A program made the translations under genes and the position numbers. From Ginkgo biloba (Eukaryota > Plantae > Ginkgophyta), in assembly GCA_024626585.2 (NCBI GenBank), contig JANKJI020000002.1, forward strand, positions 22,221,103 to 22,246,809: a stretch of DNA of 25,707 bases, in the 5' to 3' direction. Of this stretch, positions 1 to 11,912 are shown in pieces (positions within the stretch are counted from its first letter, which is position 1; every line of letters begins with the position of its first letter). The notes under the pieces were generated by a model, which was given only the letters and a program-made list of their open reading frames with translations, did no database searches and was not told the origin of the DNA.

Positions 1-349
1 GATAACTTGTAAAGGTTATGTTAATATAATTCTCTCCATGAGAATGATTTCATAGGGTTTGATATTCTCCTCATTATTGAGTTATTTATTTATTCATATT
101 ATTGTGTCTACTTCTCACTTGGGAGTAATCTTGGAGGGAGGAGAGAGTACAAACATTTCATAGTATGATCCCCACTTAGAGAGATCATTCATCCTTTTCC
201 ACCTTATCCTTATTTAAAATAAAACATTACTTGTATCAAAATATTTCTTCATTTTCTATTGGTATGGTTTATTCTAATATTTGGGTTTTATTTATGTTAA
301 TGTTCACATTAACATAGTTTATTTAGATAAATCATTTTATTACATATCT

Positions 350-656
350 TATTGGATTGAATTTATAAGTTTGGATCTCCCTTTTAGAAACTAAGGCATA
401 TATATCATCCAAATAGATCTTCATCCTTATTAGATAAGGACCCCAATCTAATTAGTCATTTATCTATGATATATTATGTATTCAATAGCTTGATCTAATT
501 TATAATCATAAAGGTTATTAAATTCAATGATAGAATGAGATCTAATTTAGCCTCCACTTATACTTATTTAGTATATTATACACTCATTAATAAATTTCTC
601 TTATTCCTCATTGAGAGGTTATTTAAGGGATACCATAGGGACATCCATTACCAACA
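350..656 (-). mobile_element. LTR-like remnant, related to the copy at about 3915-4141
   Basis: Shares blocks with 3915-4141 (atttataagttt..atctc; tcctcattgaga..ttat...gggataccat vs tccttattgaga..ttat...gggataccat). The minus strand starts TGTTGG at 656, a typical LTR 5' end. The left boundary is approximate. Confidence 0.4.
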
Positions 657-1924
657 TATATTATACTAATGACCATACCAGGGACTCACTTATCATAATT
701 TCTATAGTCTTAGAATTTTATTACTAAAAGTTCTCTCATTTTTTTGTTTCCTATATTTCACAAACATCACATTGTGTTCATGACTATTTTCAATCACCTA
801 GATGAGAACTACTAGAGTTGGAAATACAAAAATAAATTTTATTTATTTATTGGGTCATAAAAATATGAAATAAGAATAATCTCATCTAATCAAATTATTC
901 ATGTACAAAGTTGTTTTTTAGCATAGGTGCATACGCCTTAATTAATCCTAAAGGATTAATATAATTTTTTGTTAGAAGCCCAATTTATTCAGTTGAATTG
1001 GTGTGGATTTGTAAAAAAATTTGTATTTAAAATAAGTTTAAAAATGAAAGTCAATAATTAAAAAATTATGTTTTTGGTGATATACCATATTATCATCTAT
1101 TCTCTACCTAGTCATTTTTGTTTCTATCCTTTAAATTCTAAAAGTGAAAGTGNNNNNNNNNNNNNNNNNNNNNNNNNNNNNNNNNNNNNNNNNNNNNNNN
1201 NNNNNNNNNNNNNNNNNNNNNNNNNNNNNNNNNNNNNNNNNNNNNNNNNNNNATATAAATGCTTGGGGAAGATGGTGGCAAGATGTTGGGAGCTCAAAGA
1301 TCTGCATAGAAGGAGTGTTGGATACTTAATATGCCTTTACAATATAATATGATGTACTTTGTGTATAATAAGGAATTAGGTGGACAATTAGTAGTTGGGT
1401 TTCTCAATGACCTTCGCTAGCTATATATGCACAATGTAATTTATCTATGGGGGTTATCAAAGAATAGAGAGAGAGTGAATGATTTAGGGAATGTGATGTT
1501 CTAAGTCCCAGGTGTGGGAATGCTCCCTATTTAAATGAAAATTCCTCGTTCTCATATCTTTTTATTCATCTCTTGAATGGTCTTACTTACATATATATGC
1601 TTGTATAATTCTTATCCTCCCATTGGAAACTCATCCCAATATTAGTGCCATTGTAGTTGGACTGAATTTGAGTTACATGGATAATAAATTTTGGCTAAAT
1701 TACATTCAATGATGGCTCATAGTAGTTGATAACTTCTTGGTTTAGTTAAGCATATTTCTGGTAAAGAAAATTTTTGTGATTAACCATGCAAGAACATCAT
1801 TGTTTATGTTGTATAGATCTATAGATTCAACTAATAAATTTGTGTATGTTGACAAAACTTCTAGTGGAGAATACTTTAATGTTAAGGAGCACTGCTAGTG
1901 TAGAATATGTTCTTTTATTCAACA

Positions 1925-2190
1925 TCATGAAGGTCAAATATGTAGATGCCAAAGTAATTAGATGAAACTCTTCAAAATGAGTTCAATTTGTGAGTTATAG
2001 ATTCAAATACTATTTTCGTAGATGACATGGACAAGCTACTTAAACGTTTTTGCTAGAGATAAATCTATGAATTACCATAGAGGTTAAAGATGCACTTTAA
2101 CACATTAGCATGAGAATCTACACTACATTTATAGGTTAAAAGCACATGATCTCTCTTTATTCCATGTAAATGTTCAAATATTTGGGGGAG
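1925..2190 (+). mobile_element. Highly decayed Ty1/copia RNase H end plus polypurine tract
   Basis: KYVDAK near 1937 resembles the copia KHIDVR motif. GGGGGAG (2184-2190) is followed directly by TGTTA (2191), the PPT-to-3'LTR junction pattern. The protein similarity is weak. Confidence 0.4.
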
Positions 2191-3149
2191 TGTTACTAGG
2201 AGTATGCTAGCCTAGAAAGTTATGGATACATTGCTAAAGGACAATGGAATAGCTTTGGATGACAATGTGAGAAGTCATACACCATTATCAAATGACATTG
2301 TAAATCAATAAAGGAGAGGTACTAATTTTTGGCAATGTCAGATGTATTTGTCGGAAGGCATACTAATATAGGAGAAGGATCACACTGGATGTCAGATAAA
2401 GAATTCACACGTCTATGGTTTAGGTGTTGAATGTTGGAAGAGGATCTGATCACATTAGATAGATGCTATAATTTATTGAAAAAGTGCTACAGTACAACAC
2501 TCATAAAAGAGATGATGTAGTTTATTAGAGAGCATTGTATTCAAATGCTCATTAGAGAGGTGTCATGGTTCATTAAAGAAGTGTCATGAGAATTTTTTAT
2601 TCAAAGGATTGTCCCCTTGCATTAAGAAAATCATATATTAGCAAGGTTATAAAGTTTGAAAAAAATGGACTTAATTTAGATGAGATTTATTCGTAAGTTT
2701 TGGAGTGTGGACACATGGGTTTAAAAGAATATTAAACACAAATAATCAATAGAATTTTTTTGATTACTGATTGACAATTGATGAACATTCATGTAAAGCA
2801 TGTGCTCACCTTTAGTTATTTTGATAGAGTCATTACTAAAGTAATGGATTTTCTTTCTTAAGAGTTCTTGGGAGTTTCTTCCAACAAGTAGCCTTGTTGG
2901 TATTATGAGTAAACAACTTATTTGAAAGACAATTGATATGATATGACTACTGATTAACTAGATCANNNNNNNNNNNNNNNNNNNNNNNNNNNNNNNNNNN
3001 NNNNNNNNNNNNNNNNNNNNNNNNNNNNNNNNNNNNNNNNNNNNNNNNNNNNNNNNNNNNNNNNNGATTTTGAGCTCCACAAATTCATTATCGTTTGTCC
3101 AAAGAATTCTCTAAAGTGTATTAGGCTAAAGGAAATTCTAACAAAACTA

Positions 3150-3720
3150 TCTGAAATAGATTAAGGGGGAGGGTTGGATGGTAGAGAATATGCTACAAAA
3201 ATTGGTATCATATCAATATCTCTCCCTAAGAAACAATATCACAAAGAAATATGAGTTCCATTGTAAATGATAAAATTCTACCAACATAACAATATATAAG
3301 ATGATATTAAATGGCTCTCTAGACAAAAAATGGCAACAAAACATTATCTAAGTTCTTCCTCACAAACTCTTCAAGGATCCATGTATTTATAGATAAATTT
3401 GGAGATCTAAAATCCAAAAGAGTTCGTAATCTATTTGAATACCACTTACAATGTATCTAGGTTGGTTAGGAGGAATGAAAATCCCTCATAATAGAAAGTC
3501 ATGACTCAAAAAGGTGAAAAATATCCAAAAAAATTGCATCACGGGACAACGTGAATGACACCATGAAAGTGCATGCGATATCAGTATTTCACCATGATAG
3601 GGAGCACATTTCCATATTACCATGGAAACATGTAGGCACTCACCATGGAAGGGTGCATATACCAATGACACTTTAAAACTGTACAACACCTAGCTGCAAT
3701 AGGGCATGCATTTACACACT
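3150..3720 (-). mobile_element. LTR-like sequence
   Basis: Minus-strand CTATAAATA near 3384-3392, a C-rich U5-like end near 3163-3173, and clustered (a/c)ccatg motifs at 3560-3670. AGGGAG(TG)CACATTTCCAT is shared with about 24940. Boundaries are approximate. Confidence 0.35.
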
Positions 3721-3914
3721 ACGGCCTTTTGTGAGAAAAATGATAAAATTTGGAAAAAATAAAAAAGGGGAGAAAAAATATAGGTATTTAGAATGGATGA
3801 AGGAAAGATTAAAAAGCTCAAAAACTTACATAAAAGGATTTAACTTCTTTTATTAATAAATATAAAATATTGTATAATTTATGGGTGTGCACACCATTAG
3901 ACACTATTGCTCAT

Positions 3915-4141
3915 CTTTATAAATTTATAAGTTTCATCTCATAGGATCCAGATGTGATCTCCTAGTATAAAAATACACTATAACTCTACAATCCTAGTTA
4001 CACTACCTATCCTCTACCCATGATTACTTACAAATGTATCTCCACAATTTAATCCATCCTCCTATCTTTGGTTTAGTATGTATTCCCTCTCTTGGTCCTT
4101 ATTGAGATATTATAGAGGGGATACCATTAATCCCTATATCA
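3915..4141 (-). mobile_element. LTR-like remnant, same family as 350-656
   Basis: By-eye similarity to 350-656. The minus strand begins TGATATAGGG at 4141. Confidence 0.35.
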
Positions 4142-4435
4142 TAAATACATAAAAATAATAATTATTGTTATTATTTGTATGGCTTCCAAAAATAACTTGC
4201 ATCTATTAGTACTTTTTTATATAATTTTTCTATGAAAACCCATACATTTTTTCTTTTTCATATAGATTTTGGTAGAATTTTTAGTTTTAAATTTTTTTCC
4301 AATATTGTAGCTACAAGTTTAATCTAATCAATTTCNNNNNNNNNNNNNNNNNNNNNNNNNNNNNNNNNNNNNNNNNNNNNNNNNNNNNNNNNNNNNNNNN
4401 NNNNNNNNNNNNNNNNNNNNNNNNNNNNNNNNNNN

Positions 4436-4908
4436 GAAATACACATATTATGTTTTATAGTGTATAATTTTTCTTATAACTAACAAGTTATTGAGATACC
4501 TCTTCCCCCTAATTTTATAATATTTATAGTGGAATCATTATAGGTTTCATATCCATCATGTCTACACTTAAGTATTTCCTTAATTTTTTCAATCTAATTC
4601 CATTATTTTTCTATTTTACCTATACTTGAATAATTTAATCCTAAAGAGTTGGATGGAATATATATTTGTATTAATTTAAATACTAGTACAACTTATAGAC
4701 TCTTATTCAAATAGATATGAATTCATGAATTCCTTAAGTACATTTTAATTTCCAACCAACCTATAACTACTTGAAAACTAATCTAATATCTAATTATTAT
4801 TTTATACTAAATTATTTCTCAAATCTAAGTTATATCACATAATATAAATGTGACACTTATTACATTATGTTTTAAATAATTTATAATATTTCATAATGAT
4901 TCCTAATA
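4436..4908 (-). mobile_element. Probable 3' LTR of the minus-strand copia element
   Basis: Lies immediately after the PPT and starts TATTAG (decayed TGTTAG) at 4908. The far end is not determined and is set at the gap. Confidence 0.45.
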
Positions 4909-7580
4909 TCCTCCCCCCCGTTAATGTAATAAATTTTATTTATTATTTTAAGAGACTCCTTGAACTTGTTGAATTTTTCTCTTCCAAAAGGTTTGGTAAA
5001 GAGATATGCTGCCTAGTCAATAGTTGGACAATAGTATAGTTACACTAACTTTGTCTTTCCAATATCCTAATGGAATAGTTCTTGGTTTCAATATGATTTA
5101 ATATAGAATGAAATAATAATTTTTTGGATAACTTGATTATTCTCTAATTATCAAGCTGGAGGGGATTAGGATTTTTCTATGAAAAAAAACAATCTAAAAG
5201 GATCTGTTACAATCAAGTGATCTCACATGTTGCTCTTGTTGTTGTAATGTACTATGCTTAAATTGATATGATAAGGAACTTATCATTTTCTTATTACTAC
5301 TCCAAGAAATATTTTTTGATCCTAAATGCTTCAAATATCTAAAATTTAATTTCATATCATTAATACTACCTTCCCAATATGCATATGATAAGTATGTTAG
5401 TTAAGATGCATTACTCTGGGTAAATTATAGTCCAAAATTTAATGTGCCACAAATATATCTAAGTAATATCTTTTCTACTTTCCAATGATTCTCTCTCATC
5501 AAATACATAAACTTGGAAATCATTCCAACTAAAAATAAGATATATAGTCTGGTTTTAGTTATATAAATCAAACTATTAATCAACTATCAATAATTTTTTG
5601 TGTCCAAAACTTCACCTACATTTTCCTATGATATATTACACACATGTTCCATAGGTGTAATTTCATATTTATACTCTTCCATTATAAACATTTTTAATAA
5701 ATATATTGTATACTTGGTTTGAGTGATGAAAACTCTATGAGTCTCTCTGTGTAATCCAATCCTAAGATAATAGTGAGGAAGTCCAAGATCTATTAAATAA
5801 AAAAATTTCTTCAATTCCTGATTCATTTGATCCATCAAACCATAAATATTTCCTATAATAATAAAATCATCCACACATAGAATGATCACAACCATATTAT
5901 CTACAACTTTCTTCATATATATCTTATCATCAACTTCACAAATATTTAAATTTACTTTTATGAGGTACCTCATAAANNNNNNNNNNNNNNNNNNNNNNNN
6001 NNNNNNNNNNNNNNNNNNNNNNNNNNNNNNNNNNNNNNNNNNNNNNNNNNNNNNNNNNNNNNNNNNNNNNNNNNNNNNNNNNNNNNNNNNNNNNNNNNNN
6101 NNNNNNNNNNNNNNNNNNNNNNNNNNNNNNNNNNNNNNNNNNNNNNNNNNNNNNNNNNNNNNNNNNNNNNNNNNNNNNNNNNNNNNNNNNNNNNNNNNNN
6201 NNNNNNNNNNNNNNNNNNNNNCATAGTTAATACATTCTTTCTAAGAATATCCTTTGACAACCAATCTATCTTTATATTTATCCACTAATCCATATGTAAC
6301 CTATGGGTTTAATTCCTTGTAACACCCATATCTTGTTATTCATTAATGATTTATACTCATCTTCCATTGAATTTTTCCAAACATGCTAAATTGATTTTTC
6401 TTGAAAATTTGTTGGTTTGTCACTTGAAGTGTTAAACCCTATTCCTATTATTAAGCCTCTTGATTCTTTTAAGAAGTCCTCCTTCCACTTATCATAATCT
6501 CTTCTAGTTTTGTACTTAGAACTACTTATTTTTAGAACTTAGGAATTTTTAATATATCTAGTTCTAAAGTTGTTACATCTATAGGAGATTCATATACAAA
6601 TTCATCGAATTATTCTTCCAACTTTTCTAAGTCAACATATGGATCCTCAAAAAAATTTAAGTTAACTTTATGAAAATTGTTTTAGTTACTTTTTCCTTTT
6701 TCTTTAGTTTTTACTTCTAAGTCAAGTTTTACATCATCCTTTTCTTCATATCATATTTTATTAATCCTTACTTCTTCTTTCAAATGACTCTTATTCAACA
6801 TCTCTTTTTTTTATTAAATAAGTTGAAGCTCCATTTTTTACTTCTCCAGTTCACCATTTTGATCAAATACTATATCTTTGTTAATAATTACTTTATTGTA
6901 TTATAGAATTTATATTTTGTATTCCTACTTTTGATCATTATATCTACCTAGTATACCTTTTTTACTAAATCTTCTAATTTATTCTCATTTTATTTTGGAA
7001 CCATTGCATAAAAAATGGATCCAAAAATTCTCAGGTGTCAAACTTTTGGCTTTATACCTATTGAAGCTTCAAAAGGTGTTTTCCCCTTGACTATAGTTAG
7101 AAGATATCTATTTATAAAATAAATAGTTGTATTAATTGCATCTACCTAGAAATTCAATTTCATATATTTTTGTTCCAACATATCTCTGTCCATTGCCATC
7201 AAAGTTCTATTGAGTATTTCAACTACACCATTATGTTAAGGTATAAAAGTATTTATCATCTATCTTCAAATTCCACATGCTTTACAAAATGTTTAGAACT
7301 CTAGTGATGTAAATTCATTTCCATTATCTATTATCAAATTTTTTATTCTTTCTCCTACTTCATTTTCAAATAAGGATTTGAAAATCTTGAAGAAGTTCAA
7401 TGCCTCTAACTTTTGTTTCAAATAGTGTCCCCAACAAATTATGGACCAATAAATAATAAAAGTGAGTAAGTACCATGATCTTCCCAGTGATATTATACTC
7501 ATCATCCCATAGATATTATATTGAATCAACTCCAAATCAACTTGGAAGGAAATGGAAGTCGAATCTATTTTCCATAAATA
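4909..7580 (-). mobile_element. Degenerate Ty1/copia LTR retrotransposon internal region (integrase, RT, RNase H, PPT)
   Basis: Minus-strand translation gives the integrase core ELIQYNIYG..SLGRSWYLLTFI..IDNGNEFTS (7293-7535), P*HNGVVEILNRTL (about 7200-7240) and KVIINKDIVFD (about 6865-6895). It then gives the RT N-terminus PTNFQE..WKNSMEDEYKSL and YKDRLVVKGYS (6240-6420), the catalytic LCVDD (YVDD, about 5870), RNase H FHSILNHIETK and YCPTID*AAYLFTKP (4990-5115), and the PPT GGGGGGGAGGA (4909-4919). The INT-RT-RH order defines copia. Many stops and frameshifts. Confidence 0.95.
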
Positions 7581-7749
7581 NNNNNNNNNNNNNNNNNNNN
7601 NNNNNNNNNNNNNNNNNNNNNNNNNNNNNNNNNNNNNNNNNNNNNNNNNNNNNNNNNNNNNNNNNNNNNNNNNNNNNNNNAATATAAATTAGCCAATATA
7701 TCTAAGTATAAAACTAATGAAATAAGCCTATATAAAATATGGGCACACA

Positions 7750-8076
7750 TCTATACTATACTATAATACTATCTATTTATATTACTAAAAAAATTACATG
7801 TCTGGCACCCCTAAAAAAATGAAATTGAAAAAAAAAAAAGGATTCATAAATAAATATTTTCTATTGGACATAAAATGTAAGTTAAATACATTTAAACCTT
7901 CATGTTTGGATGCTAAAAATCATTGTAAACAACAAACTTTTAAGTCCTTTAAATTCTCCATTTTAGGCAATTTTTTGTTTCTTTATAATCAGGAGTGGGA
8001 GAATGAAGGGTTTGAGCTGAAGACATAATGGATCTGTTAGCATGTGAAAAAAAAAACTTTATGAAGAAGCCACTAG
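7750..8076 (+). mobile_element. Candidate short non-autonomous Helitron
   Basis: A|TCTATACTATACTATAATACT 5' end at 7750 and CTAG|T at 8073-8077, i.e. inserted between A and T. A clear 3' GC-rich hairpin is not visible. Confidence 0.4.
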
Positions 8077-8080
8077 TTAC

Positions 8081-8442
8081 GGTCCTCTAGCATCCTTTTT
8101 GTCTATAAGGAATTTCATTTTTTTTTAGCACCTAAGAAGCCTTTGNNNNNNNNNNNNNNNNNNNNNNNNNNNNNNNNNNNNNNNNNNNNNNNNNNNNNNG
8201 GAATCGATAGGTGAAGCTAGTTTTCTTGCCATAAATGATGGTTCAAGTTGGGCCTACCCCTATAAACCCTAGTTGTAGGCAAGTGGCCCCTCACTATCTA
8301 TAGATGGTAAATCGAGGGGAATGGAACCTCAATCCGATGGGTATCAACTCAAATTCAAAATTATTACGCTAAACCCCTGAGGGTCCTCTCACATCCTTTT
8401 CTTCTGTAAGGATTTTATTTTTTAGCACCTAAGAATCCATTG
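8081..8442. repeat. Diverged direct repeat of about 62-66 bp (8081-8146 and 8382-8442)
   Basis: Both copies read GGTCCTCT..CATCCTTTT..TCT.TAAGGA..TT.ATTTTTT..AGCACCTAAGAA.CC.TTG. Confidence 0.85.
8199..8377 (-). mobile_element. Candidate tRNA-derived SINE (decayed)
   Basis: The minus strand starts GGGGTTTAGCGTAATAA (box A-like, 8361-8371) and has GGTTCCATTCC (box B-like, 8318-8328) 32 nt later. The 3' end runs into a gap. Confidence 0.4.
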
Positions 8443-8624
8443 GCAGGAAATCAAGGGCATCAAGGGAATTAAAGAGTTAAATCAAATAGTAAGAAAAAAA
8501 AGAAGTGAGTTCCACAAAGAAGAAATGCGAGAAAAAGGCAGATGGGTTAGAGTAGTGCATAACAAAACTAGGTGGGTCAAAATAGAGAGTAGTTGTGTGC
8601 CAGGAAGGTATTCTAAGAAAGAAA

Positions 8625-8835
8625 AATGGAGCCAATAATGAGATCAGGTTTTTAATATTACAATCATTAAGTGATATTTAGTCAAGCATTATTGTTAAAG
8701 GTTTGCCTTTAGTTGTTGTAGAGGTGAATTTGGCGGCAATTATAGTCAAAATAAAAGTGAGAGTGAACACTACATACATGTTGTATTTGCTATAGGAGAA
8801 GGCATTTAGATGTACAAGATAATATTTGGATGTCA
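8625..8835 (+). mobile_element. Possible RNase H-like remnant of a LINE or Tat element
   Basis: Fragments ANNEIRFL, KGLPLVVVEVN and GEG occur in the order of the NN.AE / V.VEGDS / REGN motifs. Very decayed and frameshifted. Confidence 0.25.
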
Positions 8836-9243
8836 TGGAGAATTGCAACAACAAATGGGTTTCTTTAGCTCTAAAAAAGTTATTTGTTATTTTTCTAGTT
8901 TATTTTTTCTATTAATTTATGTATGAATCAAGTTTTTACAAAGAAAATCTATACTCAATGGATTAATTAAGGATACACCCTTAAATCTAGGTAACACTTT
9001 TTTACTAGTTATTTTTTGTGTTAGAAAGTAGAGACTGAGACCTCTCGAGAGTTATGCCTTTAGCACTATGGGATGGTTAAAGCCTTTATCCTATTATAGC
9101 AATAGTCATACACTATTAAAGATGATGATAATGTGTGCCATAGCTGTTAGTACCACTAAAGTTGGTGGAGGATGATACCATATTGGGAATGACTCATTCA
9201 CTCCCTCTTGGCTATCATTTAGGAACTTATTCCCTCTATCTTT

Positions 9244-9760
9244 CTACATTTCAAATACCCAATTTATTTTTTATTTAATGCACTCTATAATTCCTATTAT
9301 TTTCAGAGAGTGGGACCATTTATATTTCATTTTAATCTATTTATGGTATTGAGATATGGCCAAAATTCTTCATAAAAAAATATATATTTATCTAATCTTT
9401 GACATTTGGGGAAGACCAATGACCTGTTGTGAGAAATTACATTTTTGCTTTCACTCAGGCATGACGTATACGTCTCAGCAAGAGAGTTGGTCACAGAGGA
9501 TAAAACTACATATTATTGTATTTTAACCGGTATGATAGAATTCATTCTTGTGGCACTGGCATATGGCCCGAATTCTATTCAGGCAAGGATAAATTAGCCA
9601 ATTTTTGGTTTTGCCCAGGAATAATGAACAATCGTTAGCAATTACATTTTGCCTTCGTTTAAACGTCACCTCTGTGTCTTGGTGGTATAGTTGGCTTCAG
9701 AGGTTGATAGTCGACACTCTATATTGTATTTTAACCTGTGATATATTTTTCTTATCAAGG
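9244..9760. repeat. Ancient tandem repeat, period about 200 bp, about 2.5 copies
   Basis: Recurring blocks: ATTACATTTT (9437, 9641), AGTTGG...CAGAGG, TATTGTATTTTAACC (about 9514, 9722), ATATGGCC..AATTCT (about 9354, 9561) and AATGA.C...GT.AG.AATTAC. Confidence 0.8.
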
Positions 9761-11912
9761 GAAGGAAATCAAGTTTGGGAAATGTTTGGATTGCATGCGG
9801 GGGTGATTGGATGCCATGTTATCCTGATAAAAAAAGCATACATAATCGATGCTTTACTTAAGTGGATTGGTAATCCATTCCTTCGACACATCACGATTCA
9901 GAGCCACACAACATTGAGTGGCCATGTTACTGATGAACCTAATGCCATCAACTAAACAAAACACAATTGCATTGACAAAACATCTCGACAATGTCTCAAA
10001 ACACACAAAGATAATATCATTGACAAAAGGAACCTGAACCTATGATAACCAAAGGTTTAACACTTCGTCTCCGCCAAAACTACACCTCCAACAGTTATGT
10101 GGGGATGATTTTGTTCTTCTCCCAAACCTAACGACCTTTATTTTCTATACAACAAGCAATTCAAAAACCATCATACTTACAATGATATGTTGCACAACAT
10201 TACCCATATGCCACTACCTAATATTTGGGTTAATTTCCCTTCACCACTTTAAAATTGATGCTCAACATCCTCCACCATATACTGTAGAAAATCCTCATAT
10301 TAGGAAAATCAATTCATTCATAGATTTGTATGTAACAACTAGATCTATGATACAAAAGGAAGAACAAAATAAAATATGAAATCCAATATATATAATACAA
10401 TTTGGTGCACCTCTAAAAATCCCTAGATCTTAACCTCCTACATAAACAAAAAGCAAATAGGTCTTGAACTATCACTCTTATGTTGCTTTAGATTATTCCA
10501 TATCTCAAGATATTAACATTTATCTTTCTCTAAGATATAAAATAATACAAGATATAAGGATAGTGGAAATCCCTTCATAATTTATTATTTTTTTTCTCTA
10601 TTATTTATGAAAAAAATAAAAACTAAATACTTCCACACTTCAAGTTGAATGTCGTTGTTGATGGTAAGTTGATATAGATATACAATATTGATGAAGGATT
10701 ACCATTTATACTCAAGTTATCTATGGTAATGTAAATACCTTAAATTACAAATATAACCTAAATTCATAGTTCCCTAAGATGATGGAATGACCAAAATAGT
10801 AAATCCATGAAAACAATAGTCAATTTTCTTATCAATTTTAGAGGTGAAACCATTCACAACAATTTAAAAATGGATAACAATCCCTTATTAACTTTTAAAA
10901 TACTTTTAGTAAATGAATGGGTCATATCCACAAAGTTGGTTATTTCCACCAAATTCAAAATTATTCAATTTATCTATGATTGAAATATCAATCAAGAAAA
11001 ATTATAAAAAAAATTATAAAACACATATAACTCTTTAATAATAAAACTATATAATCATTGTCATATAACAAGTAATATTGAGTCCCAATTTTATAAGTAT
11101 CCCTTAATATGCCTACCCTTAAATGTAATATGCATCACANNNNNNNNNNNNNNNNNNNNNNNNNNNNNNNNNNNNNNNNNNNNNNNNNNNNNNNNNNNNN
11201 NNNNNNNNNNNNNNNNNNNNNNNNNNNNNNNNNNNNNNNATGTACTAAAAATATTCATGAACTAAGAGGAAGATATTTTTAAAGGTACATGCATAAACCA
11301 TTTTCTAAAAGGCTTAAAAGTTTATCGAATCAAAGTATGAGTTGGTAATAAACACGTGTGAATATATATAGATATAGTTAACGTAACCATTATATTTGAG
11401 CCTAATGTATTTTAATATTAACATATAAGTAATAAATAAACTATATAATAACCTAAATAGGCTATTATAAACCCAACTACAACTTCATACCCAAAATAAG
11501 GTGTTGATTGTAAGAAACTTAGGTCATCTCAAACATTAATATCCTTCTATGCAATATTATTTGATTTTTTCTCATAGAGTTATTCCTAACTCCAATCCAT
11601 TACCTATACCCATATTACCACCTCTAAACCATATAATAAGTCCCAAATAACAACCATTGAGAGCTAATACATGGATGATATATTGTTTTAATACTACTAA
11701 TACTACTACTCCGTGTATAACAATTTTATTGACTTGTTTCTCAATCCATTAACCAAGATAAAACCTAATTATTTCACAAGTATGATTATTTGGCCCTTAT
11801 AATTATAATTGGAACTAATATTACTAAACATTGGTGAACTCAGTTGCACAAACAAAAAAATTAGAATATGTGGATGTATGAAAAAGTTTTTTAAATTCAA
11901 AGTTTAAGACAA

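Noticed and set aside
9541-9585. ILVALAYGPNSIQ resembling ERD6-like exon 1 (IVALGPIQ)
   Set aside because: Needs two insertions and lies inside the 200-bp repeat unit, so it is probably chance.
9605-9955. 116-aa ORF from the ORF track
   Set aside because: Non-ATG start, overlaps a tandem repeat unit, and has no recognisable domain.
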